A DNA stretch of 64,000 nucleotides, from positions 544,001 through 608,000 of the forward strand of contig CBDDEL010000015.1 in NCBI GenBank assembly GCA_965226885.1. Reading direction: 5' to 3'. Numbering within the stretch: the first letter of the stretch is position 1; every line of letters begins with the position of its first letter. The stretch is from Opitutales bacterium (GTDB lineage: Bacteria > Verrucomicrobiota > Verrucomicrobiia > Opitutales > UBA2987). The notes below the pieces were generated by a model. That model did no database searches. It was not told where the DNA came from and saw only the letters and a list, made by a program, of their open reading frames with translations. This document shows positions 63,654 through 64,000 of the stretch, one piece after another. Position numbers and translations under genes: made by a program.

Positions 63654-64000
63654 CCCGGATATTTCGTAAAAAAAGTATCGTTGATATGCTTAACTGCTGA
63701 TATACAGCAGGATAGATCAATAATTAAAGCAATATCAGCGATGACAAAAGGTAAACAATTAAAGCTACAGTTGACAAGGGTAAAAGGCCGCCGTGTGCGG
63801 GTTGATTTCAAGGGCGGAGAGGTTACTTCGGATGCCGGACTGCTTTTGATCCGGGAAGTGGATCGGCAGTTGGGCTTGACCGAACGAGCGGCCCGACAGT
63901 TAGTGGACAGACGGCAGAAGGGCAAAGTACGCCATGAGGTCTTGGGGATGCTGCGGCAGCGCGTTTACGGGCTGGTGGCGGGCTATGAGGATTTAAACGA
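63654..64000 (+). mobile_element. IS1380 copy, cut by the window edge
   Basis: Left IR after CTAG; transposase 5' end. Confidence 0.92.

Overview
Bacterial chromosomal window; gene content suggests a Verrucomicrobiota/PVC-like organism, which is inference only. Conserved blocks alternate with heavily decayed, IS-saturated accessory DNA. Core block 1 (1-9545): 7TM-HD phosphohydrolase, ybeY, DUF502, recO, LolA-like protein, nuclease-DinG helicase, PhyH dioxygenase, L,D-transpeptidase, asd, tRNA-Val. Island 1 (9587-28848) lies between a truncated tRNA-Arg(CCT) and tRNA-Leu(TAG). It holds gene relics, an IPTL-CTERM protein, an MlrC pseudogene, an MBL hydrolase, an integrase-less integron cassette array with two attC sites, and nested stacks of IS1380, IS1, IS630 and an IS5/ISNCY-like element. 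Core block 2 (29190-44318): asnS, a TPR/PEGA protein followed by two secreted Gly/Gln/Ser-rich proteins, an RND efflux pair, an M48 peptidase and a decaying wzc-wza-beta-barrel polysaccharide export operon. Island 2 (44319-57740) has more nested IS, a truncated NucA-type nuclease, an aldehyde dehydrogenase and a resolvase relic. The window ends with a propeller-type hydrolase, an FG-GAP repeat protein and an IS-truncated NRAMP gene. The strongest signals are (1) about 15 perfect 4-21 bp tandem micro-duplications that inactivate genes and IS copies, (2) a self-nesting IS1380 that targets CTAA/CTAG and carries a pseudoknot-like structured 3' non-coding region, and (3) the hidden attC array. No CRISPR array or rRNA was seen.
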